Part shown: piece by piece, positions 11,241 to 24,876 of the stretch
Layout: each line of letters opens with the position of its first letter
Position numbering within the stretch: the first letter of the stretch is position 1
From: Phoronis australis
Lineage: Eukaryota; Animalia; Phoronida
NCBI GenBank assembly: GCA_002633005.1
Contig: NMRA01000572.1
Span: 134,534-198,533, forward strand
Direction of reading: 5' to 3'
Length of the DNA stretch: 64,000 nucleotides
The notes under the pieces: generated by a model
Told to the model about the DNA's origin: nothing
Database searches by the model: none
What the model saw: the letters and a program-made list of their open reading frames with translations, nothing else
Program-made: the position numbers and the translations under genes

Positions 11241-14200
11241 TGATAATAATGATAATAATGATAATAATCCTTACTATTCTTCCATGTGATCTGTACTGAC
11301 AATGTTCAATCAAACGTAAGGGTGTGTTGAAGAGTGACATGTCTTGGCGGGACCTCAAGGGTTTTTGTGAACACTCACCATAAACAGCTGAGTGTCCATC
11401 ATTCTGTGTTACGTGAGCACGATTTTTGCCATCAATGAGTGCCACGCAGCTCCGTGTTGCCATTGAAATTCCACATGGAATCGTCTGTGTTAATTCCTGA
11501 AACTTTGTTTCTTCACCATAGCTGGTTTTGTATCACTGTGCAGCGAATATTCCAGTTATTATTTCACATGCAGTCTGAGAGCAAATCGATTCAGAATGCA
11601 AGAAACAACAACTGAAAATATGTCACCCTTCAATGATGTCATTGTTATTGTTTGGACTTGAATCAAAAATTATTATCACAGTGATGGTTTCTAACATGTG
11701 TGAGTGTGCTGTTGGAACAATAGTTGTAATTTTTCTTTCATTACTAACTCTCCCTCTTCTCAGCATGTGTTGATCGCTTGTCCAATCTAGAGATGTCTCG
11801 TCACTGTAGAAATGTGTCACAAAATGTCTTCTTCTCTGGCAGAACAGTTTCACATAAAGGGCACTACCCCTGTCTTGTTTTTTCACGGCCACTAATGAAG
11901 TTTCATATTTCGTCCTAGTTGGTAAGCCAACCCTTAAACGGGGTTGGAAGTCCGCACAGTGAAAGTGTAGAATCAAGTGCCATACATATAGCTGCACGGA
12001 AATCAAGCCCTTCGAAAGAACTTATTCAGTCAAAGATTCGACTTTTTACTTTTCACTTGTCACTCCTCCATTTGCATTTTTAACCTACTGGTGAACTCAT
12101 GAACTAAAGCATTCACTTGGCTCATTGGCTGTCATTCTGGTCACTACATGACGTCATTAGGTCAAAATTGAGGGTATAAGATGGCAGACAATTTGATTAG
12201 TTGTTGTTAGAGGAAGGTAAGAGGAGGCGAAATATAACCGACAAGACCGTTTGCAGTTTTCTAAATGTCTCAAGGGAATTTGATTTGGTTAGTACTAACA
12301 CATTGATTCGGAAGAAGAATTTTCCTCCCATTCTTTTGATTTATATCCATTTCACCAAGTGGTGAAAAGCCTTCCGCTGGACCTACCTAATTTCCTCCAT
12401 GCTCTTTGAGGAAGTGTTAGTCTCTCATTTGAATGGGAAGGTGCGTATCTAGTAGCAGGGGTGTCCAGGGGATATGGACCCACCCTTGCTTCTGGGGAGT
12501 CCAAACCCATGCAAAAACGTGGATCTCTGGCTGTGAGGACATGAATTGTTTTTTGATTCTTCACTGCATTAAATGATGTTCTTTGTAAAATTTATTCACC
12601 AATGACAAACTATATTCCATATTTTTCTTGCTTTCTGATTTAGATTGTATTTTTCAGCTTGCCTGTGCTTGTTATTTTAAGTTGTATTTTCTGAAAACCC
12701 TTGCCTGGCTTACTTACCATTATGTCTTTTTATTTTTTGGTTTTAATATTATTCCTGCCTTGGCACTGAGATTAGGACATGGATTGAATATTATTTAACG
12801 TGGAGTGAATTATGTGAGAGGACCAACGGTTCTTATTAAGATCTGTTCTATTTTTAGTACTTGTCTACTCCATGTTTTGTAAATCCTTTATGCGTTCATA
12901 GTTTTGATAAGTATATAGTACAGTATATCTTCACTTATTTTTTGAAAAATATAATTGTCAAAATCATATTTTTTCTATTTTTCAAAGTGGGATTACCTTG
13001 CTGCACATATAAGTGTTGTTGTATGACATCTGCACGCAAACAAAGCAGGAAATTTTCTAAATCTTTATTTCTTTAAAAAATTGTAAAATTTCGGTTGTCC
13101 ACCATGTTGCATGATAGGTAAAGAAGTAGTGCACCAAAGAATTGCGTGACCCATGTTTTATAAAGTAATATTATTGTGTGACCCATATTTTATAAAGTAC
13201 AATTTTAAGCAAACTCATTTTTGTCAAATAAAAACTTGTTTGCGAATATCAAACTTATTTTTTTAATGTTGACACACTGAAATATTTTCTGTAAAATCTT
13301 TTTCTTGATGCTCATACAGTATTGCACATCATTCTTGTTCAGTGGTGACTTGCTGTTTTAATCAGTGCCACTAATCACATGACTTACTAGGGAGATTCCA
13401 AAGTATTTGTTTTTTCTGTTAAAAGAAAAAATATGGAGTATGCATTGTGTCTCCTAGCTTAGTTGACTCTGCAATGGTGAAGATATAACAAAGTCACCTT
13501 CTCAGTGGAGTTTAGTGGAGATGGCTTACGTAGAATGTTTTTGTTTAACAGAGAGGACAAATCCTGTGGAATTACCCTATAAATGTTGGTGTTCAACTGA
13601 ACTTATGTCGCAGATTCTTGTTGGCATATAGACCTTACTTTTGATTGCAGTTCATAAATCATTCACTACGGTGGCGCCACCGGTCACACAAAGCAGTATG
13701 GGTAGTATTTTGGAGCTCATTGTGGGTCTGGCGTAATGACAGACTATGGGTTATTAAATAAGTTAAATTTATTCGATGTTTTTGGGCTCGAAAAATTTCT
13801 TGGAGATTGAGGCCTACCATTTAGCATGCACAAAAAGCAAAAATTAGTTGGAGATTGCTTTGATAGTCTGAAAGTCTGATAATCTGGAAAGTGGCCACTC
13901 TTTGGCTCACCTATTTACTGTTTTCACACCTTCGCGAGATTATTGATTGGCAACAGACTGAAGCTTGCGGTGTCTGAAATCAGAATGCCAGCTTTCTTAC
14001 TAATTGAAAACTGACTAAAGATATCTAACTAGTCTTACAGAAAAAGCGGAAGTCACCGAAGTATCAAAATAATAATTAAAGTAAATGCTTTTCAGATTTT
14101 TAAAATGTTGCCATTTTTAACAAGAAAACAATCCTACGTTGACATCCTAACTGGTTGAGATTGCATATAGGGCAACTCTACTGATTTGTGCACCTCACAA

Positions 14201-15443
14201 TCTGTCGGTTTAGATCAAAGACACCATGCTGTTGCGGTTAATTAAATCACCTCAGGCTGCTGCTTATATAGTTCTCTAGATAATGAGACCCATCATAAAC
14301 ACATTGGGGGCAACAAAAGTATCTGTAAATTTTTGTTTTGAAAGTTTGTAAATAGCATATTTGAATAGTCATGAAAGACACATGATTAGGTTTTTGAATT
14401 TTGTAAATTGGACAAGAAATGTGACTTTTACAACCTGAATAATCATAATATTATAAATTCAGACAATTTCACTTGAATCTTTTACACTCATTTAAGAAAC
14501 GATGTCCGGATTGTAGCGGCGTTCATTTTCTGTACCACTCTCCGTTTAATTATCTCATTACTGAAATTTGATGATCTTTGTATATAGTTTTCACACTGCT
14601 ACATCTGCAAGTGATAGCCAGTCAAAACCTGAGTTGAACATAACTGTCATTTTGGTCACTCAGGTTATTCTAACTATACTATGTACTTAGCTTACAGTTG
14701 TGTTGCTGCGAATGTCTTGCGAACACCACCATTTTTCCTAGAAACCTTTGCCTGAATCAAAAAGGCAGCAATCAACAAAGAGGTCTGTAGGCGGATGCAT
14801 TTTGAGAACCAGTTTGATGCCCATTATTTTGTGGAGAAAACTGGTTCTCAAAATGTGAACACGTTATATCCAGCTGTTACCTTTGTGTTTCCTGGTTCAA
14901 TCCGTTTTAGCTATAGTGAGTATTTAAAAATTCTTTGTCATGTTAATTTGATCTTCATTTTTAACCTTTGCAGGTTCTCTGCAGGCTGTTTAGTATATGT
15001 TGTATTGCAAATTGCCATTTCCCATTCTTTGAAATATTGCTTTTGAAATTTAGTTTGTATGTGGTCAGACGTGTTGAAAGCATACTCCAATTGCATGCAT
15101 ATTTTGACAGATAGGAAGAAAATTTTATTCTGTAAAAGGAACTTTAAATTTTATAAGCACTTTAAATTACATTTCCTTGAAGTTGACATGCTGTTAAACC
15201 TTATATTGAAAGTACTAACTTTTGAATTAGACGACTACTAGCTATTATGAAACTGGTTTCAACTTGCTTAGTACTTAAAGGAGAATGCCACCCGATTTAA
15301 TTAGCCTTTTTTGCCGTCTTAATCAGTCCATATCCACATCGCCTCGCATACGGTCGACCTCACCTTCCCAAGAGGTGTCGCGTTAACCTGTGAGGAAGGT
15401 GAGAAACGACGCTAGCGACGTCAGTGGTTCACATGCAGAGTGA

Positions 15444-15632
15444 ATGCCGCTATGTTGTGGTGCATCGTTCCCACTTGTCCGAACTAAGCAGCTGCGAGGA
15501 AAACAGGTATATCGTTTTATTTTACTTCCTCGAGAGTCCGAGATGCTTAGGAAGTGGCTCATGGTAGTGAAGAATGAAATGTACGCTGTACATAGCAAGT
15601 ATGAGGCCGTGAAACATCTCCGTGTCTGGTGA
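15444..15632 (+). pseudogene. THAP remnant of Kolobok transposase
   Basis: MPLCC...LPRESEMLRKWLMVVKNEMYAVHSKYEAVKHLRV aligns by eye with the THAP domain starting at 34901 (RRTWLIRVKNAALPVHATY*AVENYRMC). Confidence 0.75.
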
Positions 15633-15667
15633 CCTACAGATGTCGACAGTGCCTGACGAATGCCGGC

Positions 15668-15832
15668 TTACCGACCAAATAACTCCATACGTTCCGTTGT
15701 CTGAGCTTGTTCACGGTGCCTCTCTAGTATTTCTTCATCGCTGTATTCCTGTTCGAATTGATAGCTTGTAAAACTTAACGATCCACCTGCGAAGTCGGGA
15801 CTGATGAGCTCTAGCTCGTCCTAAGTCGACAT
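15668..15832 (-). pseudogene. KolX-like N-terminal remnant
   Basis: MST*DELELISPDFAGGSLSFTSYQFEQEYSDEEILER; YQFEQEY resembles the YMFEPEY motif of the 33811 ORF. Confidence 0.6.
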
Positions 15833-16964
15833 TGCGAGTTGCCATGTTGGCGTTTGTTACTAAGCGTTCTGTTTCAAAATCATTTATTCTCACCCTAACC
15901 CGACAATACTTATATAAAACTGAGACAAAGTCTGTCTCATTAGATGCAATTTGTAATGCCTTTGGAGTGTTCGTGAGTGCAAATGATTTGAGAAGCCAGC
16001 AATGAATAAATCACTGCGTTACCGGCAAAACTAATTGACGGGACACCGAGGCCGTGTGAGCTCTCATGCTAATTTAGTGTTTGCTGGCAGAAACTGTTGT
16101 GAAACAACTCGATTTCCATCCCACGGCAGGTGTTAGGGGAATCTTTATTTACATTTACATTACTCAAATAATGATTGTCAATGTACAACTTCTGCCCTCA
16201 CGGTGCTGTGGCCAAAGCGGAACCTGAATTCGCAGCCCCCGACGAGTAAATAGATTTGCAGTTTCGTGGCTAATTCACCAACATAATCAGGTGCACATTA
16301 CTTTGGCTCACTAGTATAGTATTTTATTGACTGGAAGTTTAGTTTCCACTGAACTTTGGCTGGTTTATGTTCGTGATGTCTGATCAGTTTCCGAGCCACT
16401 GCCGGGCCAGGATAACGAGTCAATCCGGCCGGCCGCGACCGGCCTGATCGGGCTCCGAGCCACTGGCCAGGATAACAAGCGTTTTGTGTTTAGAACTCAA
16501 AAAATCACAAGTCTAAACAACACAGATCTAGGTTCTCCTGTCTATATCTCACGGAAAATACTTCGAAATTATCTCTGAACAGACCCCAAACTCCTGCTAC
16601 GGACCTTATTGGCCCACCGAACTTTGTAGGCTACGGTGTGTCCAAATACCAATAAATCCGTAACAGCGAAATAAAATAATACGTTTTTATAAGAACTCGG
16701 TGTAGTTTTAAGGGTTTTACATCGAAGTTTGGTAATTTATTGGTGTTAAACGATGACTTCAAATGATAAGCTGACACCAGTAACCCGTGTTGTGAACTGC
16801 AGAACAGACTGCGTGTGAAACCGATGACATCATTGGATAACTTCAACACCTCCGTCTGCCGTCAGGTGTCGGGTAACGCAACCGTACGTGTTGTTATGGA
16901 GTAGAACTACTCGATCTAAATTAATACAAATTAGGTTGTTTTTTTGGGTGGCATGCTCCTTTAA

Positions 16965-18406
16965 AGGCAAAGGCAAAAATTGTTCATGTCATTTTTAGCA
17001 AAAGTAAGGTTCGTTGATTATCCCAGACCTATTTTTCACTTGCTTACAGCTTTTCGTAATTTAATTAATTACTCGTTCTCTACTCCGGAAGTGACGTTTT
17101 GGGAGGCAAGAATTTCGCGCCAATTTGGTTCTGCTTTGAGTTTACTGTGAGAATCTGTACTATTTTTGTTTTTGTGCTGTTTTTCTAAAATTGTCCTCAC
17201 CACTTTCCATTGGCGAGTATTCTACGACAAGCTAGGTTGATAGAGAACTCAAATTACGTTGGATTTAGGGATTGTTTAGTTTGTAGTAACCTGAAAATGG
17301 CTGGAGTCGGTAACCCATACCACAGTGACAGTAGTGAGACATTGTTCATAGCAGTGGTGATGAGGAATTTTTTCACGGGTGGGTATATGTTTGAGCCCGA
17401 GTATAATGAGGCAGAGTACGCACACGCAGAACTTGCCCGAGTGTCCCGCGATGCACTCCCACTGGATGGTGACCCGAGCACCCAAACTGCTTACATCCTG
17501 CCGTTGTGACTCCCTCGCCACACACCTGGCACCATCGAAATAGCTCCAATACTTTAGACAAGTCCACAATAAACTTATCAAAGTTTGGCTCGCAAATCTG
17601 TTCATTGAACGACGAACTGTCCTCATCACTGTGTGTCGAACTGGGCCTCATATTCGCTCCCACTACTCAACATCACTACAGGGCTGCTTACAGGCACTGG
17701 GCTAGAGACAACAGTTCAGGGCGAATCACTGCTAGTTACGGAATTGCACGCTCTGGAGGTAAGTTCAGAGGCACGGCTGACAGTAGATGAAGCTTTGCCT
17801 CCAGTCATTGTAGTGGCCACAGCTCGCGAGGCTTCTTGGTGACGGGGTACTGGTGAGAATCAACAGGGATGGTATGGCATCCTTCTTCAGGCGTTGTTTC
17901 GAAGGGAACTTCATCAATTAAGCCTACATATCTCTCTCGTAATTTGATGGCAGAAAATACTTGTCACTCAGTAACCCTTCACTGCTTTGAACATTGCGTG
18001 GACGGGTAACGCTGCGTTCTTCACACGAACAAGCCAAAGACAGCGAAGTGTGTCATCGTTCAGAAAGCGATGCAAAGGTACTTTCAAAGCACGTGTGAGA
18101 TGATCATGAGTACATCCTGGTACACAGCAACAGTGTGGCATGTTGACTGACTCGTAAACAAATGCAAAAGCAAACGAACGAACTTGTCACAGCTGAGGTA
18201 GAACGATGACTGACTCAACAGCTCTCACAGTCATAGTTGAAAAGAAATTGGCGCGTAATTCTTGCCTCCCAAAACATCACATCTGGAGTAGAGGATGAGT
18301 AATTAATTAAATTACGAAAAGCTGTGATTAAGTGAAAAATATGTCTGAGATCATCAACGCACCCTATTTTTACTAAAAATGACATGAAAAAGGGTTGTCT
18401 TCGCCT
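16965..18406 (-). mobile_element. Kolobok deletion derivative, family B, diverged copy
   Basis: TTAA at 16961-64 and 18407-10; long imperfect TIRs starting AGGC. Colinear with 33478-35166 but with extra deletions. KolX ATG at 17297 (+), THAP ATG at 18141 (-). Confidence 0.88.
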
Positions 18407-18901
18407 TTAAATTGTATGTGATTTCTGGGCTTGAGAAGAACTGAAGGTTGGTCATTGCTTGAGACCATGATCTGCACATATTGGTCTTTGCTTGAGACCA
18501 TGATCAGCACACAAAATGACTTGCTGGTTGAAGCCAACTTGTTGAGCCTGGTATCAAACTATAACCAGCTAGGGTTTTCACAAATCCAGAAGTCGCTTTT
18601 TGTACGAGTAAAGAACTTGTTGAGACCAGTTCTATAAGTGATCTAAATTGAAAGAAGTGGTGTCAACTTACTGTAGGTCAGCACCATCTTTTGGTGGCCA
18701 GTTTAGTAAGTGAGCTTTAAGGCTTTAAGGAAGTGTCAATAAGTTATAGTTGTGAGTAATGTCATGAAAGGATGTACACTGGCTCATAGCTAAAGCAGTT
18801 TGACTTAACAGAAACAGTTTGTTTTGTGGTTTGTGTTGATGATTAGTGAGTGGAGAAGATTACTTTTGCTGACCATTTGTAATATTCAGTTGAAAACAAC
18901 G

Positions 18902-18983
18902 TGGCATTGGTAATTACTTGCTTACAATTGTGTTTACTATGATGGCATTGATAATTACTTGCTTACAACTGTGTTTACTATGA
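18902..18983. repeat. 41-bp direct duplication
   Basis: TGGCATTGrTAATTACTTGCTTACAAyTGTGTTTACTATGA x2. Confidence 0.85.
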
Positions 18984-19222
18984 GCCAGTATAGGACATTT
19001 GTAAAACAGCATCCAGGAGTTCAGCTGTTAAATTTCGGTAAGTGTTCTTGTTTTAATTTTTGACAGCCATACACAATAAATAATCAGGCAAAATTACCCA
19101 GAATTCCACATCATGACAGCCATGTACAAGCAGAATGACAAATTGTGACTAGTCATTACCCATCATAATAGGGAAACGCAATGTTGTTTCATGTTAATTA
19201 AATGTGTAGAATATAAGTGGGA

Positions 19223-19368
19223 GTGCTGGCGTAACACTGGTCATGATCTGTTGTTTGCTGTGCTGGCATAACACTGGTCATGATCTGTTGTTTGCTGTGC
19301 TGTCGTAACACTGATCATGATCTGTTATGGTTGGTGTGCTGGGGTAACAGTGGTCATGATCTCCTGTT
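19223..19368. repeat. About 37-bp minisatellite x4
   Basis: GTGCTGGCGTAACACTGGTCATGATCTGTTGTTTGCT units. Confidence 0.85.
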
Positions 19369-19621
19369 ATGTTTGCAGTAAGGGTCTTTTACCAGATGAG
19401 TTTTGAGCAAGGGAAAATAAGTGAGTTGTAACCCAAGTTGTTGTTTTGTTGAGGTTTTCTCAGGTGCAATGTCTACTTTCATTATGGTAACCAAATGATA
19501 GCTTCTTAAACAGCCTATTCTATATTTCTTCTGATTAGTTTTATTATCCAACATCCTAAGTGTTGTACTGATAAATACACCAGCTTGTGAATTACTAAAT
19601 AACTTTGCTGTATTCTGTGCC

Positions 19622-20356
19622 TGTCACGTTTTCCCCCATGTGTGGGTGGGTGCAGGTTCTTACAGACCGGTGCTAATAGCTTTCGGTGCGACGATAGACT
19701 GAGGAATGGTTGGAGTTAATCTTTTATTAAGCTCGACCGTACATTCACAAGCATACTTAAACAAAACGTCTGACTCATATTGTCTGTTCTATGCTCCAGC
19801 CTGTGCTGCGAAGCCTTGACTTGTGATGAACTTCTAAGAAACTTTCAGCAACTGTTACACTCGATTCAATAACTTTCTGTCTTTATAGCTGGCTCTCTAT
19901 TGACTCTCGTTGTAACTTCTGATTCTCTTCACTGCAACTCAACTGTTGTTCTCTCAACTGTTTCACTGTTAACTGCTTTTCTCTTGAACTAACTAATACA
20001 AACCCGTGCTTGGGTATTTATAGTCTAATGCATTGTTCTAGAATTTTTCATCAATTCAAGCACATTCTAGAACTTTCCTGAATCTACCCAACCATTCTGC
20101 AGACATGTACTAGTCTCTAGAATATTCCAGACTGCATTAATTAATGTCATGCTAGAGTCTTCTAGAAAGTTCCACACTATACCGTAGTAAACAAATTATA
20201 TCATCATTGCTGAACTCAGTCTACTAGAAAGTTCCATACTATTCTGCAGTAAATAAATTACATCATCAATGTACTTAACTGAGGGGTCTTGCCAATCAAA
20301 GGGAACAACAAAACAAAACAATACAACTAAAAACAGTGTCAGTCTATATTCTGACA
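19622..20356 (-). mobile_element. Solo LTR
   Basis: TGTCA...TGACA termini with flanks TGTGCC/TTTGCC (5 of 6). On minus, TATAAATA (20015-22) precedes AATAAA (about 19722-27), as in U3-R-U5 order. Confidence 0.65.
20015..20235 (-). promoter_or_regulatory. TATA box plus heat-shock-element (nGAAnnTTCn) cluster
   Basis: TTCtaGAActTTC (20065-77) and TTCtaGAAagTTC (20160-72), plus three near-perfect copies, all upstream of the minus-strand TATA. Confidence 0.6.
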
Positions 20357-23300
20357 TTTGCCCAAAAATAAGTTTTGATCTGATATTTCATGTTGTAATA
20401 TATTCACAGATGTCTTGGAGATATATCAAAGCTCCTCTCTTAAGTGATTTCGTCCCTGTCACATGAAACTCATTCTCACATTTCTATGAAGTGGACGGGC
20501 GTCTCACAGGATTCTAAAACTGGGAATCCAAATTTTCTCAAAAAAAATTGACCGAACACGCCTTGTTCTTGCCATCACTGGTGGTCCTCCCATATGGCTC
20601 CACCATGTAGTGGTGTGTCCACCCATCTAATATGGTCGTCATATGGTTGCACTATGTGCTGGTGTATACACCCATCTAATAGTATAAGACAGTGAACTGG
20701 AAACTAAAGTGTCATTGACTAAGTTTATATAAACGTATGATTTTGAAACTGTATGCGGAAACGTTTTACTCAAAAAAGGTTGCGACTTTCATACTATTGA
20801 TGTCACCGGCGATTTAAAACTACAAAAAGTGTCATTTAGAGACAATAGTTACAGCAGCAATGTTCTGTCTTCCCACACACACCAAGTGAAGTGTCATGGT
20901 AACATGGTAAAGCAAGTCACATTTTTATCATACGTGATCTTAACCTATGTTTCGCTCATTCTTATGTTTTGCACAGCATTCTTATAGTTGTAATGTTCTG
21001 GTTGGACAAACAAAATCAAAGTCCGAGTTTGACGGGATTATTTTATTTACTAATTCCACTTAGAACCTCAGTGAAAACTTTGAATCCTTGTGAGAACCGT
21101 GTGAGAACTGTAAATTTATGAAAATACACAAAATACTCTAAATACATGACAATATTATATAAAACCGAATCTAAATTAAACTGTTAACAATAGTCACTCT
21201 AAGAAACTAGTCAAAATTACTCAAATCTAACTGAATCGGTATATGAACTTTAAATCACATTTACCAAACCAACATTTATCTTAAAACGTATTATATCTTA
21301 GAATATTTCATAGTTCATAAACTCTAATGAGACTTGCTCCCTTTGATCTTAACCACACATGAACATCCAATTCTTGTTTTGTGTATCAGTATGATCCTTG
21401 TCAGTGACTGAATACACTTCTTGAAACTCTACAGACTCGGTGATCTGCCTAAAATACTTGATTCTCCAAAGTTACTGAGCTTCCTCGTCTCCTAACTTTT
21501 TCTTTTGAGAATGACACTTATGTTTGCTCCAGAAATATACTCTAAGATATGATTAAACATCACATGGACTCTGGTCAAGGTGTAAGTACATCGGTGTGGG
21601 TGTTCCTTAGAATCAGCCCACGTAAAGTTGACCACTCCAAAACATATTTTGATGATCATATCCTGTTTGTCAGAACTACACTGAAATCTTAGCAGAACTA
21701 AAGCTTTTCTGAAGAAATTGCGCAATACTCAAGTTTACCACAACAAGTTGTTTACAATAACAAGTCCTGTTCTAAAATATTTGTGACTTTCAAAATAGTT
21801 AACTGATATTAAATTAACACATTTGTTCATAAATTTAATCATCGATTTATAATAAATCGTTACATAATTCTAACAGTTTTCATCAAAAATGTTACAATAG
21901 TAAATACCCTGACAACATTTCTCTGAAATCTACATCAAAAATATGGAACATCCAATGGTAAAACTCTACACAACTGAAATTCTTGCAGAAAGTGAGCAAC
22001 ATACGACTCCACGGATTCGACCACCATATGCAATTGGGTAGAGTAAACAAACCAATTCACATGCGTTTCCATTTACTTGGTCGGGAGAGCCAGGCCCGTT
22101 TAAACCAATATTTCTAGAAAGATATCGACCGGATTGTCAATTGTTTGCAACTATGCCATTTCCAATATTTTCAGGACTCACACTCATTCTTCCTGTTATG
22201 AACTATCTGTTCTCAAATTTGGAGCGAATTGTAAGAATGCAGATACATTGTATGCATACTTGTGTTTTGTTGACTGTCGGGGCCATGTTTGACTTCGATC
22301 TGGATCTGGATTATCTGTCATTCCAGCATGTGGGTCAACGTCTGTATCTGAAACATCTATCGTTTTTTTAAAGTAATCCTTATGAGTCGTTTTAGGCCTT
22401 TGCATGATGGACAACATGACTTGAGTCTGTCGAATGCACATGTCAACCATAACGGAAACTAGATACAACACTAGTCATGGAAAATCTTAAAATTACTCCC
22501 CTAAAACGGCAAGCATAGTACAATGCCGCTAAAGTAAAGAATTGAGAACGACTGGCAGTTTTTTACTTGCAGTAACGATAAATATTGCATTAGCCAACGA
22601 AACTCCTTATAAGGCAATGAGATGAACTCAATTTCAATTGACCAATGAAGTTGAGAAATACACCAAAACTAACCAATAGTATTCGTCTAAGTGAGAAGTC
22701 TACAGTCAACAACCAATAAGAGTGGTCAAAAGCGTTTCCATTCAAAAGTTTGTTTATATTTCTAACACTGCTACATGAAAGTCTGCCCAGTGTTGCGGGG
22801 CAGACAGGTGAAAAATGCGTGAAGAAAGCACTTTTTGCACAGTAAATTTCTTATTTCTGAAATAACTGATAGCCTACCTACTTGAGCGTTGGCCGACCAG
22901 TTGATAATATTAAGAAAGTGGCCTTCACTTTAAACAACTTTTTAAAATGTTGCTCGTCTTTTTAATGCTCTTTTTTTAATGCTGGCTATCTCATGGAACC
23001 TATCCAGTGTAAAATTCTGGCTTTTTAAAAGATGGCCAAGATGGTTGCTGTATAAACTAACATATTTGGCCAAAACATCCCTTGAATACGACTCCATCCA
23101 CGAGATTGTCGGTCAGATTGCATAGTGCCCAGTAGGTTGCCTCTTGATTTTAAGATCATACTTTGGCGTTACTGCGTCCTTAACTAAATCTTTTTGTAGA
23201 ACTTCAATTTGTGTCAGTAGACGAGTTTGTGATTTTCTGAGAAAACCTCAACTGTGAAATTAAGTGTTTTGTTGTTCTATTTTATATTTGTGTTTTGTTC

Positions 23301-23464
23301 ACATTTTAATAGTGCACTGTAAAATATCGCAGAATTTTAATATGCAGTTGTCATTGTTGTGATTTATAGGTTGACATGCTTGTTAAATCAATGTCAATAT
23401 GTTTCATCACATTTGTTATGGAAAGTGACATCTGTTGGTCATAGTGTGCGTGTGTGTCAGCACA

Positions 23465-23625
23465 AGTAGTATGACTATTATTATTATTATTATTTTCATT
23501 ATTATTATTATCTTTAGTAGTAGTAGTAGTAGTATTACTATTATTATCATTTTAATGGGCAAAAATCAATTATATTTTTACTATTGTTGTTTGTTTTTTT
23601 TTTCTTGTTGTTATTATTATATTGT
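23465..23625. repeat. (ATT)n/(AGT)n/(GTT)n microsatellite
   Basis: Visible trinucleotide runs. Confidence 0.85.
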
Positions 23626-24876
23626 TTTTCTTTATTTTATGTTTCAATCATTGGTGACATAACTTAGATTTCTTAGCTTGACAATATTCATTCTTTGTTT
23701 TTTTGCTTTGCATCATGATCATTTTGTTCTGTGAATTGAGAAGATTTACCAGACTTCAGAGAAATGTCTTTGCTTTGGATTTGCATGTGTTATAAAGTTT
23801 TTACAGTAAAATTTTACCAAAGATTTTTTCTAAAATTGATAGTCCTACGTTTTTCAAAGACTTTTAACATTGATTTGATGTCCACAATTTCAAAGGTGAA
23901 GCATTTTAGGGCTACTTATCGAATGAAAAAATATTAAAATTTTAAATTTCAGTTGTCTGCTATATTGTGTTCATACCAAGTCGGTAAAATTTTACACTAT
24001 TTCAGATAACAAGTACCGTGCAATGTTACTGTTGTTTGTGGTAAATGTGTGCTAATAGTTATCAGTGTTACAACATAGTCATGTTGTGATTTCAGAATGT
24101 TATTGTACCTATTTGGGTCAATGCCCAATAGACTTTGATTGAGAAACAAAAAATCAATGAGCAGGCAAAAAAAGAATGCAGCAAAACATGTTCACGAAAA
24201 ATTGGGGGTGATTGTTTAGCTGAACATGGGCAATAAACTGAACGATTACGGTAGTAGGGGGTCAAATCCTTTCTACTTTGTTCTTCTTGGTGAATACCAA
24301 GAGATATACCATATATAGATTGATTAGTTTGTTCAGGATGACCTATGAATTGATCCCATGAAAACCTACAATTACTTCTGTATTAATTCTTTTTTTTCAA
24401 ATTCAGTCTGGGGATGACATTTCCACATAATTTTAACCATACAATCCAGTTTGCATCAAATATTTTTGTTCTTTTCAGAATATTGAGGACTATAAGTTTT
24501 ATACATAATTTTTGGGGGCTTTTGGGTGACCCTGTATCTTGAACAAACGGTATTTTGTCATTCCTGGGAATTTCCATTGTTGGAATTTTCCAAATATAAG
24601 TCCATGGGTCTAATTTTGGGAGGCATAATTAAAAATCCCAATGGTTTTTAGGTTTTCTCTTACAGTGACAGCAAGTGTCAAAACAAGGCTGAATTAGAAA
24701 TAGGACACAAGAAATAAGCCATTTTCCAAATAGTGATTCTATTACAATAATGTTAATGGCTTTTGTGGATCTCATTTGGGGGGCATTCTACAGTGGTCAG
24801 AGATGTTTTGAAATTTTTTCATCGCCATTGACTAAAGGTGGGCTTATGTATCGTTGAAATCTTTTAATCATTTCAG

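Larger units (their letters stand above)
15279..16960 (+). mobile_element. Kolobok DNA transposon deletion derivative, family A
   Basis: TTAA on both sides (15275-78, 16961-64). TIR AGGAGAATGCCACCC / GGGTGGCATGCTCCT. THAP remnant on + and KolX-like remnant on -. Confidence 0.85.

Noticed and set aside
20400-22800. Internal gag/pol of an LTR retrotransposon next to the solo LTR
   Set aside because: No RT, RNase H or integrase motifs recognised and no second LTR.
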